From the NCBI GenBank assembly GCA_051362555.1, contig CM120643.1, positions 23,192,848 through 23,256,847 on the forward strand: 64,000 nucleotides of DNA, in the 5' to 3' direction. This stretch comes from Lingula anatina (Eukaryota > Animalia > Brachiopoda). Below the pieces are notes generated by a model. It was not told where the DNA came from, did not search any database, and saw only the letters and a program-made list of their open reading frames with translations. Below are positions 52,359-64,000 of this stretch, piece by piece. How positions within the stretch are numbered: the first letter of the stretch is position 1; the number at the start of each line of letters is the position of its first letter. Position numbers and translations under genes: made by a program.

Positions 52359-55252
52359 TGTATTAGGAGACTTAGATTCATCCCTTTTTTTCCAAATATT
52401 ACATCAATATTTGTGAAGAAAATTTTTGAGATATCTTGTTTGTTGACAAAAAGACATACCAAGGTTCAAGCAAATTTAATATACCATCCCTCCTTAAAGG
52501 TAACTATTGGAATAGCACTCAGTTCAATTGAACTTTGAAGCAGTATAACTTGCGCAAGACAGTCACAAAAGATCAGGATTATAATATATTTTTCCCTTAA
52601 TTTAAATATCTACTATTGTTTTTAACTATACTTTTCAGAGTAATATGCAAGAGAGATTTTCTAGATGGTTGCAAAATATTAGTTTTCACTGTTAAGCAAT
52701 TTTTATTCTCCTTATGTTAAAGCAATAATAACTCTTCCTTTGAGATTCAAAATTCCGCAAGAAATACATCGTAAACAACGCCTGGAAATATATTCTATTG
52801 CATTTTCCCACTAAAACGACTGTTATTGTAGTAAAACTAAAATCTGTGCTTGTCACTTGGGCTTTCGATGCCTTTCTTCGCGGTCGACAAGTGCATCCGT
52901 TGCCAATGACGTTTAGGTGTCACGCGGATTCTCGCGTTCATTCGAGACCAAAATAACATGGCGGGAAACCCTGAGACGTAAGTTGCGAGTTTTTGTACAG
53001 TGCGTCAGATAACGAAAAGCCCAGAATTGCACACATTGTAGATATAAATGCATTTTGAGCAAAAAGACGAATATATCTTATGAATCTTATAATATTGTTA
53101 TATAGTGTTATTGTTGTCTGCTTTTCCCGCGGTTTTAAGTAGGTCACCAGAAACTATCGCTCGATACGAGAGGGCTCCGTCAGTTAAAATCTCTTAAGAG
53201 ATTTAAACAAAAAACTGTACGTTTAGGAAAAAAAATCCTGGATTAACTTTGAATGCAGGAATGGGGTCGTTGACCATTGGCAAGTACGGGAAAATTGCCG
53301 TTTTTTCCAGGAAAATCGTATTTTTGGCCAAAACGAAGAGTTATTATGACTTTAAGCAATATACTTTGATAAGTGAAGCACTAAATCAAAATTTCTTTTC
53401 CTCTTTCCAGTTTGTTAACTTACTTTGGATGTCTGTGCCTCCTCCACCAGTTTAATAATCTGCGCTAGGGCACTGTCACTGCCTACATGGATAGCTTCCA
53501 TTATCAGGGCACCATTCTGATTTATTGATCCACCAATCACATTGCAACCTGAAAGAAAAATGTTACAAAAGACATATTGATGACTTCTATTTCAATCTAT
53601 ATTTATTTGTATATGTACATAGAGGGAACCTAGATTTATATGGAAAGCTCTTAATCATCACCGACAAGTTGTAAGCCATCTTTACCTGGTTCTTTAAAAA
53701 CAGGCATAGACTCCCCAGTGATCAATGACTCATCACAACTTGACTTGCCATCCACAACTCGACCATCAACTGGAATTTTCTCACCAGGTGTCACTCGTAG
53801 CAAGTCTCCGCGCTGAACTAGCTCCACGGGTATTTTCTCTTCGTTCATGATATTTCCATCTTTGTCGCGTTCCACGAGAGTTGCCTCTGCGGGTTGCAGG
53901 GACATAAGCTTGGTCATGGCCTCAGAGGTCTTGCCCTGGTATCAAAGTCAAGAGAAAAACTCAATTTGAATTTTTCCACGATAAGAAAGTAACTTAAAGT
54001 AAAGTAATCTCCTACATACAAACAATTGCTCAACCAACAAGTTTTGGGTATTTCCACCTAAGACTTATTAGTATAATAATATTGTTTTTATAATCACAGC
54101 ACAACACTATACCATGATTCTATCAAACTGCACTAATGGGTTAATCAGGGGATATGACTAAATAATAATTAAACACCCTTCTTCCAAAGTAAAGACAAAA
54201 GCAAGCTCAGAAAGGTATAAAGCCATCTGCTGGATTTTCCAAAGCCCACTGCCATAGTTTTTCTTCTTTTTTGCTCCTAAAATACAATAAGGGGCCCAAG
54301 TTCCCTACCTCCACAATATGCGACAGCCACCTCCCTAATGCAATAAATGTAACCAACATGGGCGTGGTCTCAAAGAATGTCATAGGGCTGGCGCGGGTCT
54401 GTTGTATCATGGCCGCAGTTATTACTCCAAGAGAGTAACAATAGGCTATGGTCGTTGCCATGACAATAAGGACGTCCATGTTGGTAGTGCGATGCCGAAG
54501 TGCTTTGAAGGCTTGAATGTAGAAGTATCTTTCTCCAATAAACTGAAATGCAATATAACAAAATTACAGCTTTTTGTCAAGTAATTTCCCATTTTCTAAG
54601 CAAATTAATGCTTATCTGTGATTGGAGCTTGAAAGTTGAAGTGCAAATCATAACTCCTTCAGAAAAAGTACAAGAGTTCAAAAATATTTACACAACATAT
54701 CAATGCGATGGTACACATGAAGAATACGATATATGGCATACGTACATTTATAAGTAAGACTTTCTAAAGCATCAACTCTGGGATGAGAAATACTTAAAAC
54801 TTTTAAAGAAGCAAATGCCTCCCCTGCCTTAATTTCATCTAAAAATTACTTCATCTAACACAATTTTTACACACTGAAATCTAGATGCTGTCTAATTTTT
54901 GATTTTTCCAAAGAATAAGGGTAAAAACAGCATTTTGGACTCTACATAAAATTATACTGAATTCCTCTTCTCAATACAATGCTCACCTGTACTGGTGTGG
55001 CAAATATAAAGAAAAGCAAATTGTCCAAGCTCAAGCCAGGAATGATCCGGATGTCATGGGGGTTGATCAGGCCATCTGTTGTATTCCCAGCTCCGTGGGG
55101 TGGAGTAGGCCACCCCCCAGGGATCTTAGTGATTGAGAAGAAAATGACCGTCAACAGGGTGGGGACGCCAAAGATCAGAGATATGAAGAAAGAGTTGCGC
55201 CAGCTAGACAAAAAAAAAAAAAATAATAATAACAAATAAATAATAATAATAA

Positions 55253-55288
<36 letters not shown>

Positions 55289-57795
55289 AATAAAAGTAAA
55301 AAATCAATAATGTTGAAAAATATCTCTTAAATAATTGTTGAAAATAGCTCTTAAATTAGATTGCTTACAATGTAAAATGGGAGATATTTATTACTGATGT
55401 TTAATTTGTATCAGTGTTAACAAATTTTTTACCAAATATCCTCTTCCTGCACAAATGAGTATCTTTACAAAGATTCTTGAAATGCATCCATCCCAGTGAA
55501 AGAAGTTTTGTAATGAAAAATAGCGGAATTATAATTATCATGCTGTTTAAAATTTTTCTTTCAATATTTCTGTTCTAGAAATAAAGTGCTTACCTTTTCT
55601 TTTTCCTTTCCAATTCCAGTTGGGCTAAATTCTTACTGTCACTGGTGAAGATTTTGGCCTCATAACCCAGTGACTGAAAATATGCATGGTACACAAGATA
55701 AAAGATACCTGTAATAAACTTGTAAACTTTCTAGATGTTTCTGCTTGACTAGTTTGATTTTTTTAAAAGAAAATGTATCAAAAGGCAGATAACTTGAGAT
55801 GAACTGTCAACTTACTTCAGAAAAATAAGGATTTTCATCTGCCTATAGCTATGTATTAGCTAATAGTGGTAACAAATATAAATAAAATTGCACAAAATCA
55901 GAACCATTACTGTAATATAATAATCAAAATAAATAATTCAAGCTAAATATTGGTTATATTACCTCAATATGCCGGATGATATCTCTTGCTCCAGTGACTT
56001 CTGGGTCAAATTCGAATTTCCCCCTGGAGGTTGTCAAGGCAACGGAGGCAGATTTAACGCCCCGTTTCTTCATAACATGATCCTCAATCTTGCCAACACA
56101 CGAAGCACAAGTCATTCCAGAAATCTGAGAAATTTAAGATATGATATAAGAATATATGGATGATCCTGAAATACATACATAACAAATAACGAATAACAAA
56201 AATATGATCAATAATTTGTTGTTTACAACTAAGGATGAAAAATTTATTTGAAAAGAACAGAAAATCAATTTAAACTTCAATTAATTTGGTTATTAGAAAC
56301 ATGTTTCAATTAGTTTTAGCCAAAAATAAGACAAAACCCACATTTTTTTCTGGTTTTAAAGATTTAGAAATAAGAACTGGTTAAATTTACATTACAGCAA
56401 AAAATTTAGCCACTCTCACATTGGAGATGGAGACTGCTGAACATAACTGAAGATGGTAAAAAATAGAAATTAAAGGCTAAAATAAAGACTTAAAGATAAT
56501 TTTGTCTGGGTCAACAGTTCATAATACAGCATAGCTTCATGTCAAAAGAAAAATATCTCAATGTCAAGTAAAATTCACTTTAAATTTTTTAAATAAAGGC
56601 AAAATGTGCACTGTACACAAGTAAAGAAAAAACCAGGACAATTAACTTACAAACAGTTCTACGTGTCCCCCAGTGACTTCTTGTAGGACTGTGGTTTCAT
56701 ATCCTAGGTCAGTGATTTTCTTGGCTATTGTCTCTGGATTCAGCAACTCTGGGTCGTAGGTCACTTCTGCTTTCTGAGCCAGTAAGGCAACCAGGATGGT
56801 TTCAATGCCTGCAAGTTAAAAAATATCAAACTGCAAAATACTACATGGCCACTTTTGTTTAAATTATATGAAGATACCAGAAAAAGCACAATACGAGTTG
56901 CACTGAACTCTGGGGCATATTTCACCTCAGATCTTCCTTCTCAAAATTTATCTGAAAGTTGTCATTCTATCACACATTGTTAAATATACAGATATACAAG
57001 GCAGCAAAGCTGTCAAATGTACAGACAAAAAACAGAAAATAAAGATGCAAAAAAGGTCATTTTGTCAATTTTGATGCAATAATAAATAATGCTTATAATA
57101 GCACTATCAGTCAACACTGAATTTTAATCATGCACAACAGGTAAAATGGTCAATAACATGAGCGGACCCAGAGATATTCTCTGACAGTATTCCAAAGTAT
57201 CTATTTTGATCCATCCTCCATTTTGATGGTCTTCCAACAGAAGAAAAAATAGATACCAGGCAATATAAACTTAATAACCTGACTGTCTTCCGGAAGTCCC
57301 AGAAGATGGTCTCAATCTACCCTTCCAATAAGATTACAGTTTCAGGACCATGAGAGTTCAAATTCACATGATGAAAGTCTCAATATTTGAAAAATGATGA
57401 CAGTGCATAAAATAATATTACATAAGTAACATAATGTTTAAAGACATAAAAAACAATACAACTGCTTATGTGGAAATACAGAAATGTCAGAGTCTCAGGC
57501 GGATGACAGTTAAAAGTCACAAATGCAAGTGTTTGAGAAAAAATTATAAAGGAAAACATAACAAAACTAGAAAAGCACTCCGAGAGTGTAGACCTCTGCC
57601 AAGGTAGCAATTGTTGATTATTATTGATTTTTGTCCTCTTTGGCCCACTTCTGACAGTTCCTGAAAATTTCATCAAAATCGGTCCATAACTTTTTGAGTT
57701 ATGTTGATGACAAACAGGGGTGAAAATATAACCTCCTTGGCAGAGGTAAATATAATTCCAATGAAGCTGCTATTCAAACTTTTAATCTTTCAGTT

Positions 57796-57852
<57 letters not shown>

Positions 57853-60800
57853 TTATTTGCAATATTAAACAAAATTTACCTGCATAATTATCACTGCTTC
57901 CTTATTATTAATCTAGCAGAGAGCTTAACCTATGGGAGTTTACAGGGAAATATCAACAAGTGTGCTTTATGTAATCTCAAATCATAAGTGTGCTTTATGT
58001 AGCCTATCAATTAGGCAAATTACTTTATAACTGAAATTAGCGAAGTGATACGCAAGGGAAATTTATAGACTGACCCTCTCAAAGGTCTTTCAGGCCCATA
58101 AGTCACAACTTAAGAAGAGCACAAAACAATAATGCACAAAATAGGAGACTACCACTTCTGATGCAATAATACATTATGTTTAACTGCACAGTCAACATCA
58201 AATTTTAATTTTGCATAACAGGTAACACCGACGAAAGTAAAAGCATAAGACTTCAGGCCCATCAGAGTTCAAGTTTATACTTAGAAAGTGCCAGAATGAG
58301 AAAAATGAAATTTCACACAAAATTGCATTAAATTCAATAATAAATGATAACCCAATTGACCTGGCTTTCTAATTTGAACTGCATGCCAATCCTAAAAATC
58401 ATACTCTTAAGTTAAATATAATAATAAATAACACAGTTTTCTTTTCATAATGTTTGCAGTAGCAGTGCAAAAAGATTATTGTCAAATTTGATGTAACATT
58501 ACATAATAAATTATAGAATAATTATCACCAATTTTTGATTATTGACTATAAATAGCATGAACATGTAGAAAATTTGATTACCATCCGGCTTCATGTCCAT
58601 GGGAGCTCCGAGTCCCACAGTGAATATGCCAAAAAGATAATGAATATTTCACTAAAATGTATAACTTCCAGAAAAAGAAGCCCATTAGACTGCTTTTCCA
58701 ACTCGGGCTGCATTTTAGTCCTGTGTTTCTTTTTTGAAAGTTTGACAATCATAAGTAACACGGTTTTCCCATCATGGTCATCATGGCAGATGTGGATGAT
58801 TGAATCTGACAAACTGCAATGATACGAGTTTATTTCCGTTTTGGACACTTGATTACACAATACATGAAAACAAGTTTACCATCATTTTTACATAATCAAC
58901 TAACAATGTTGTAAAGATGCAGGAAATATCAAACAAACACTTTTACGTATCTTATTAGTTCAATAATGAGACTGTTAACATGCCTAAGAATTGAATCTGA
59001 GGAAATTTGAAAAAACAGTACAACTTCTAAAATAATGGCCCGATAACGCTGATTTTCGAACTCAACCTGCATTTTTGTAAGATTGACCACTCCTGTGAGT
59101 ATAATGACAATTGGCTAAGCTGTTTTTCTTATATTGTGTTATTAATGTTGCATATATGTTGAAAAAAGTGAAAAAACAGCATAAAAAATTAAAAGAAAAT
59201 GTAAAATAAAACATAACATAAAATACCAATAAAGCTGCTATTCAAACTTTTAATCTAGCTGTACAATTACTAACATGATATGAATAACCCTATTGAGTTT
59301 GAGAATAATAAGGCACTGTTATTCATCTTTAGCATTAATGTAAGCGTTACACAAAATTTTTTTGTAAACTTATTTTCCATATTAAATAACATTTACCTGC
59401 ATAATAATCATCGATTCCTAATTATGTGACACAGTTAAGAAAGCTAAACCGATGGGACTTTACAATGAAATCTCAATGTGTGTTTATGTAATCTCATTTA
59501 ATGCCCACTTGAAAATTAATTAAGCAAATTATTTTATAACCCTGAAATAACTTGAAAATCAATTAAGCAAATTATTTTATAACCCTGAATTAACTGCCTA
59601 CTATCCATATACATTTATTGCACCAAACAGCACTGTACTGCATTGCTTTCAAAACAGAAAACAATTACGATGGTTTTCCAACACAAGCTGCACTTCAATC
59701 TTTTCAGTAAGGTTGATTATCATAAGTAACATGGTTTTCCCTTAATCGCTATCCTGGCAGCAGTGTCCAAAATAGGGTTTTCTTTAACTTTCATGCAATA
59801 TAACATAATACTTAACAACATAATGACCATCAATTTTTTTATATAAAAAAAAAAGTATCATGGATATTCAGAAAATGTGATATGGAAAGGTCTCCAAGGA
59901 CATGGAAGTTAGGGTCACACTTTCAAAATGCCAAAATATTAACAAGAGATAACTATACTGAAATGATTTTCTTTCCATTTTCAACACCTTTTTTACATAA
60001 AACCATAATCAATTAACTGTCATTTTTAAATGATCAACTAGGAAAATTGTTGACATAGGAAAAATATCAATAGAACAATTTATAATGTCCAATTAGCTCC
60101 ATTTGAAGATTCTGAACATAGTGAATGATTGAATCTGACGAACTGCAATGATGAGTTCCTTTCCATTTTTGATACTTTATTACACAATACACGATAATAG
60201 GTTTACCGTCATTTTTATATAATCAACTAACAATATTGTTAAGAAGCAGAAAATGTTAAAACAACACTTTTACATATCCAATTAGTTCCGTAATGAGACT
60301 GTTAACATGCTTAAGAATTAAATCTGAAGAAAAAACACTTATATACAAAAAGGCTAATAACTTCATCAAAACTTAACTGATCAAGCTTATTTTCAAACTT
60401 GATCTGTATACTGGTCAGATTGATCACTCCTGTGAGTTGCTAGACAAAAGGCTGATTGGTTTTCCTTAAAATGCGTTATCAGTGTTGCATGTATGCTGAA
60501 TAAAGGGAGAAAAACAGCATTTCTTTTGTAAAAATAGTCCAATCATGCCAATTTTCAAACTTGACCTGCGTATTATAAATATTCACCAGTTCTGTAAATT
60601 TCAATCCAAAAGGAAAAACATTTTTACACTTATCATGTTATCGGTGTTCTAAAAGTGCTGAAAAAATTGAAAAAAAAAAAAAAACAAACAAACAAACAAA
60701 CAAACAAAAAAAAAAACAAACAGGATAACTTCCATAAAAATTGCCCGATCTTGCTGATTTTCAAACTTGACCTGCGTATTATGAATATTCATTAGTTCTG

Positions 60801-63196
60801 TAAGTTTCAAGCCAAATGAAAAAACAGTTTTCCACTTATTGTGTTATCAGTGCTGCATATATGCTGAAAAAAGTGAAAAAACAGCATAAATTCCCAAAAA
60901 ATGACCCAATCATGCTGATTTTCGAACTTGACCTGTGTATTATGAATATTCATCCGTTTTGTAAGTTTCAAGCCAAAAGGTAGAATGGTTTTCCACTTAT
61001 CGTGTTATCGGGGTTGCATATATGCTGAAAAAAGTGAAAAAACAGCATAAATTCCCTAAAAATGACCCGATCATGCTGATTTTCGAACTTGACCTGCGTA
61101 TTATGAATATTCATCAGTTCTGTAACTTTCAAGCCAAAAGGTAAAATGGTTTTTCACTTATCGTGTTATCGGTGCTGCATATATGCTGAAAAAAGTGAAA
61201 AAACAGCATAAATTCCCTAAAAGTGACCCGATCATGCCGATTTTTGAACTTGACCTGCGTATTATGAATATTCATCAGTTTTGTAAGTTTCAAGTCAAAA
61301 GGTAAAATGGTTTTGCACTTATCGTGTTATCAGTGCTGCATATATGCTGAAAAAAGTGAAAAAACAGCATAAATTCCCTAAGAGTGACCCGATCATGCTG
61401 ATTTTCGAACTTGACCTGCGTATTATGAATATTCATCAGTTCTGCAAGTTTCAAATCAAAAGGCAAAATGGTTTTCCACTTATCGTGTTATCGGTAAAAG
61501 TGCACGGCGACGGCGATGGCGACGACGGCGACGACAGACGCAGATGATGGCTATATGTACAGACACATCTGTGTCTGTACATAATAAATGAAAAGCGTAA
61601 GTGTAATTTTAAGTAGGTATTAAGACATGTAATAATTTGAAAATATTTCTAAAAATGCAAAACATAAATCAATACATATACACTGGCAGATCCTGGTCAT
61701 TTTTGACACCTTCACCCCACACCCTATTCTGAATTTGCCATTCTGTACAGATAAAAGAGAGGGGGCAATGTCCTTCAAAACACATGCATGATCAAATAAA
61801 AAACACATTCAAGGATTCTGACATACCTTCTACCTTGGCCATAGTACGTTCAATGTTAGCCACACAGGAAGCGCATGTCATTCCTCTCACATTAAACAAG
61901 GCTTTATGGTACTTTCCATCTTCACGAGGTTGTGTTGGCTGGCGACGACGGACACTGCCCTTGCTGCGCCGCAGGCTTGCATTACGTTCAATGACTTTTG
62001 GTTTGGCAACAACACTGGCATTTTTCTTTACATCTGATGGATAAAGAAATGAATATTGCACTGATTTTATAAAAAAGTTAACAAATTAACCCTTAAAATG
62101 TAAAAACGTCTGTTGTTAAGATGACAACATTCATAATACACGGAAGAAAACATTTTAAAGGACATTTAAAATAACAATACTAAATCAACTAAAAACTAAA
62201 CACAAAGTAGCAGTTCTTTTTCTTGTAAAAATTTTTCTAAATTTAAACTGAAGTCATATGTATGTGGTTTAGGAAATAATATTTTCTGTTTGAAATATTT
62301 AAAAAATAATCATGAATTAGGCAATGAAATATAATTTTTTGTCTAAAAAAATATGTGAGATGTCCCTGTGGTGATTCCCTTAATTGTTACCTTTAATGGA
62401 TGCACCAAATCCAAGCCCTTGAATTTTAGCACATAGCTGATCTGCACTTATGTGTGCGGGATTGTGCTGCGCAGTAGCCTCTTTTTCAACCAGTGACACT
62501 TTCACACTTCCCACTCCAATGACATCCCCCAGCTCACCCTCGATCTTCTTCACGCATGACTGACAGGTCATTCCAGATATGACAATATTGGAAGTGATTA
62601 ATTCGGAAGACTTCTGGATCTGACCTTCATCACACTTGCTGTCAGCAACCACCTCTGCATCGTAACCCATGTCAGAAATATCCTCAGCAAGCTGCCTTGG
62701 GTCTGTGGTCCCCGGATCAAAGGTTATGTCAGCTCTCCCTTTTTCCAAGGAAACTTTAATCTTCACCACGCCTGGCTTCTCAGAGATCACTTGCTCGATG
62801 AGGTCAACACAAGAATGACACGTCATACCCTTCACGTCTACGGTGCATGATTTCTCTGAACAGGTTGGGACCGGCTCCTCTTGGGGCACCTGCGTCAATA
62901 ATCTTGCCTCGTAACCCATATCATCAATGTAACCAGCCAACAAGCTGGCAGTGGTCACTTTTGGATCATACTGGATCACCCCTTGACCTTTCTCCAGGAT
63001 GACCACTATGGACTTCACCCCACTCTTTTCTCCGATGGTGTCTTCAATGAGTTTTACACACGAATTACAAGTCATCCCTTGTATATCTATGGTGGCAGAG
63101 GAGAGAGGCTGGGGAGGCTTTCTCAAAGAAGCTGGGAAACCTAACGCTCCAATGGCATCTCGGAGGTTGACAGAGCTTATCTGGGTTGGATTATGC
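47532..63196 (-). CDS. ATP7: Copper-transporting P1B-type ATPase (ATP7A/ATP7B homolog), last 19 coding exons; 5' end beyond window end
   Basis: Exons (minus): 63196-62391, 62033-61827, 56808-56651, 56124-55963, 55673-55594, 55203-54987, 54542-54309, 53935-53686, 53548-53424, 52245-52111, 51870-51679, 51373-51191, 50966-50789, 50380-50225, 49848-49706, 49375-49172, 48821-48704, 48281-48179, 47811-47532 (TAA). All are GT-AG and phase-compatible. Five GMTCxSC metal-binding domains plus the tail of another; TGES, CPC ([12 protein letters not shown]), [27 protein letters not shown] and MxxSS are all present. Confidence 0.97.
52717..53355 (-). mobile_element. Longer related TTAA-flanked element (Kolobok-like), reverse orientation, in an ATP7 intron
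   Basis: TTAA-AGCAATAATAACTCTTCC ... TTTTGGCCAAAACGAAGAGTTATTATGACT-TTAA. The ends match the MITE family in reverse, with an extra, more GC-rich interior of about 300 bp. Confidence 0.7.
57566..57749 (+). mobile_element. Short HINE/Helentron-type element nested in the larger one
   Basis: ACTAGAAAAGCACTCCGAGAGTGTAG followed by sub-TIR ACCTCTGCCAAGG (57592-57604). The 3' end ACCTCCTTGGCAGAGGT (57731-57747) contains the exact reverse complement and forms a hairpin. Degenerate relatives lie near 13376-13420 (+) and 17462-17580 (-). Confidence 0.7.
60735..61495 (+). repeat. 161-bp tandem repeat array (about 4.7 homogeneous units; degenerate units near 59040-59185 and 60380-60670)
   Basis: ATGCTGAAAAAAGTGAAAAAACAGCATAAATTCCC starts at 60861, 61022, 61183 and 61344, an exact 161-bp period. 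Confidence 0.95.
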
Positions 63197-63246
63197 CTGC
63201 AGTCAAAAGTGAAGTTGTCATAATTTTGTTTATTTGTATAATAACT

Positions 63247-64000
63247 AACAAGGCAGCACAGCTGTCAAATGTACAGACAAAAAACAGGAAATAACTATGC
63301 ACAAAATAGGCTACTGTCAATTCTGATGCAAAAATACATTATGTTAAACTGCAAATTCAACATCAAATTTTAATTATCCTCAACAGGTAATACCAATGTA
63401 ATTAAAATATGTGACAAGTTTACACTTTGAAAATGTATAACTTCCAGAAAAAGAAGTCAATTAGACTGCTTTTCCAACTCAGACTGCATTTTAGTCCTGT
63501 ATTTCTTTTTTGAAAGTTTGGCAATCATAAGTAACATGGTTTTCCCATAATGGTCATCATGGCAGCAGCACCCAAAATTGTGTTTTCTTCTATTCTGATG
63601 CCATATTACATAATGGTTAACAGCATAATGACCATCAATTTTTAATAATAAAATATAAGTATCATGGATTTTCAGATAATGTGACTAGCACGGGTCTTCA
63701 AGCCCGTGGAACTTCAAAGTCACACCTTGAAAATGCCAATATGTGAAAAATTAAATTTTCACAAAAAAACTGTTTAACTGGTAGTAAGAATTACCAAACA
63801 GACTGTATTTCCTACTGAAGCTGTATTTTAGTCCCATGTTTCTTTCCTGTAAGTTTGAGAACAGTAAATGACATGGTTTTTCTTAAATGGTCATCATGGG
63901 AGCAGTGCCCAAAATAGTTTTTTTTTTTTCAAATTTTGATGCAATATTACATAATGTTTAACAGCATAATGACCATCAATTTTAATAATAAAATATTAGT
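63247..64000 (+). mobile_element. Second copy of the HINE-like element (5' part, runs off the window)
   Basis: AACAAGGCAGCACAGCTGTCAAATGTACAGACAAAAAACAG matches 56996-57034; 63431-63566 matches 58654-58790. Confidence 0.75.

Larger units (their letters stand above)
56996..61585 (+). mobile_element. Helentron-associated non-autonomous (HINE-like) element, about 4.6 kb, filling most of an ATP7 intron
   Basis: 5' end ACAAGGCAGCAAAGCTGTCAA followed by sub-TIR ATGTACAGACA (57017-57027). The interior has duplicated blocks and a 161-bp tandem array. A GAC/GGC microsatellite lies near 61504-61540, then a 3' perfect 14-bp hairpin TATGTACAGACACA-TC-TGTGTCTGTACATA (61554-61583) that contains the sub-TIR. 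A second copy of the 5' end starts at 63247. Confidence 0.75.

Noticed and set aside
60735-61495. Regular repeats as a possible CRISPR array, and ORF 61344-61547 as a gene
   Set aside because: The units are contiguous 161-mers with no unique spacers, the context is a eukaryotic intron with no cas genes, and the ORF is only a repeat unit plus microsatellite.
667-63196. ATP7, ENTPD and CYP as a functional operon-like cluster
   Set aside because: They share a strand but are separated by about 6 kb and 9.5 kb and share no known pathway. Nothing in the sequence supports co-regulation.

Overview
AT-rich animal genomic DNA (invertebrate; a mollusc is plausible from the repeat types, but this is inference). 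It holds three intron-containing genes in tandem on the minus strand, each reconstructed exon by exon with GT-AG junctions and consistent phases. (1) A Cu(+)-transporting P1B-ATPase (ATP7 family): 19 exons at 63196->47532, 5' end beyond the window. (2) A complete 490-aa ecto-NTPDase/apyrase (GDA1/CD39 family): 6 coding exons at 41490->28237. (3) The first five exons of a mitochondrial-clan cytochrome P450 at 18701->667, 3' end beyond the window. Introns carry many DNA-transposon derivatives: a Tc1/mariner element with perfect 28-bp TIRs and a decayed transposase, TTAA-flanked and Harbinger-like MITEs, a hAT-like MITE with a 5-bp TSD, and Helentron-associated (HINE-like) elements, one carrying a 161-bp tandem array. 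The most notable observation is that the ATP7 protein has reciprocal changes at the copper entry site in one exon: the conserved Gly-Gly kink is Gly-Glu (equivalent to human ATP7B G711E) and the conserved entry-site Glu (ATP7B E781) is Ser, while all other Cu(+) motifs are intact. The apyrase has an ACR4 D->E change and a signal-peptide plus GPI-like architecture. No CRISPR, rRNA or tRNA was found, and there is no clear evidence of a new multi-gene system.
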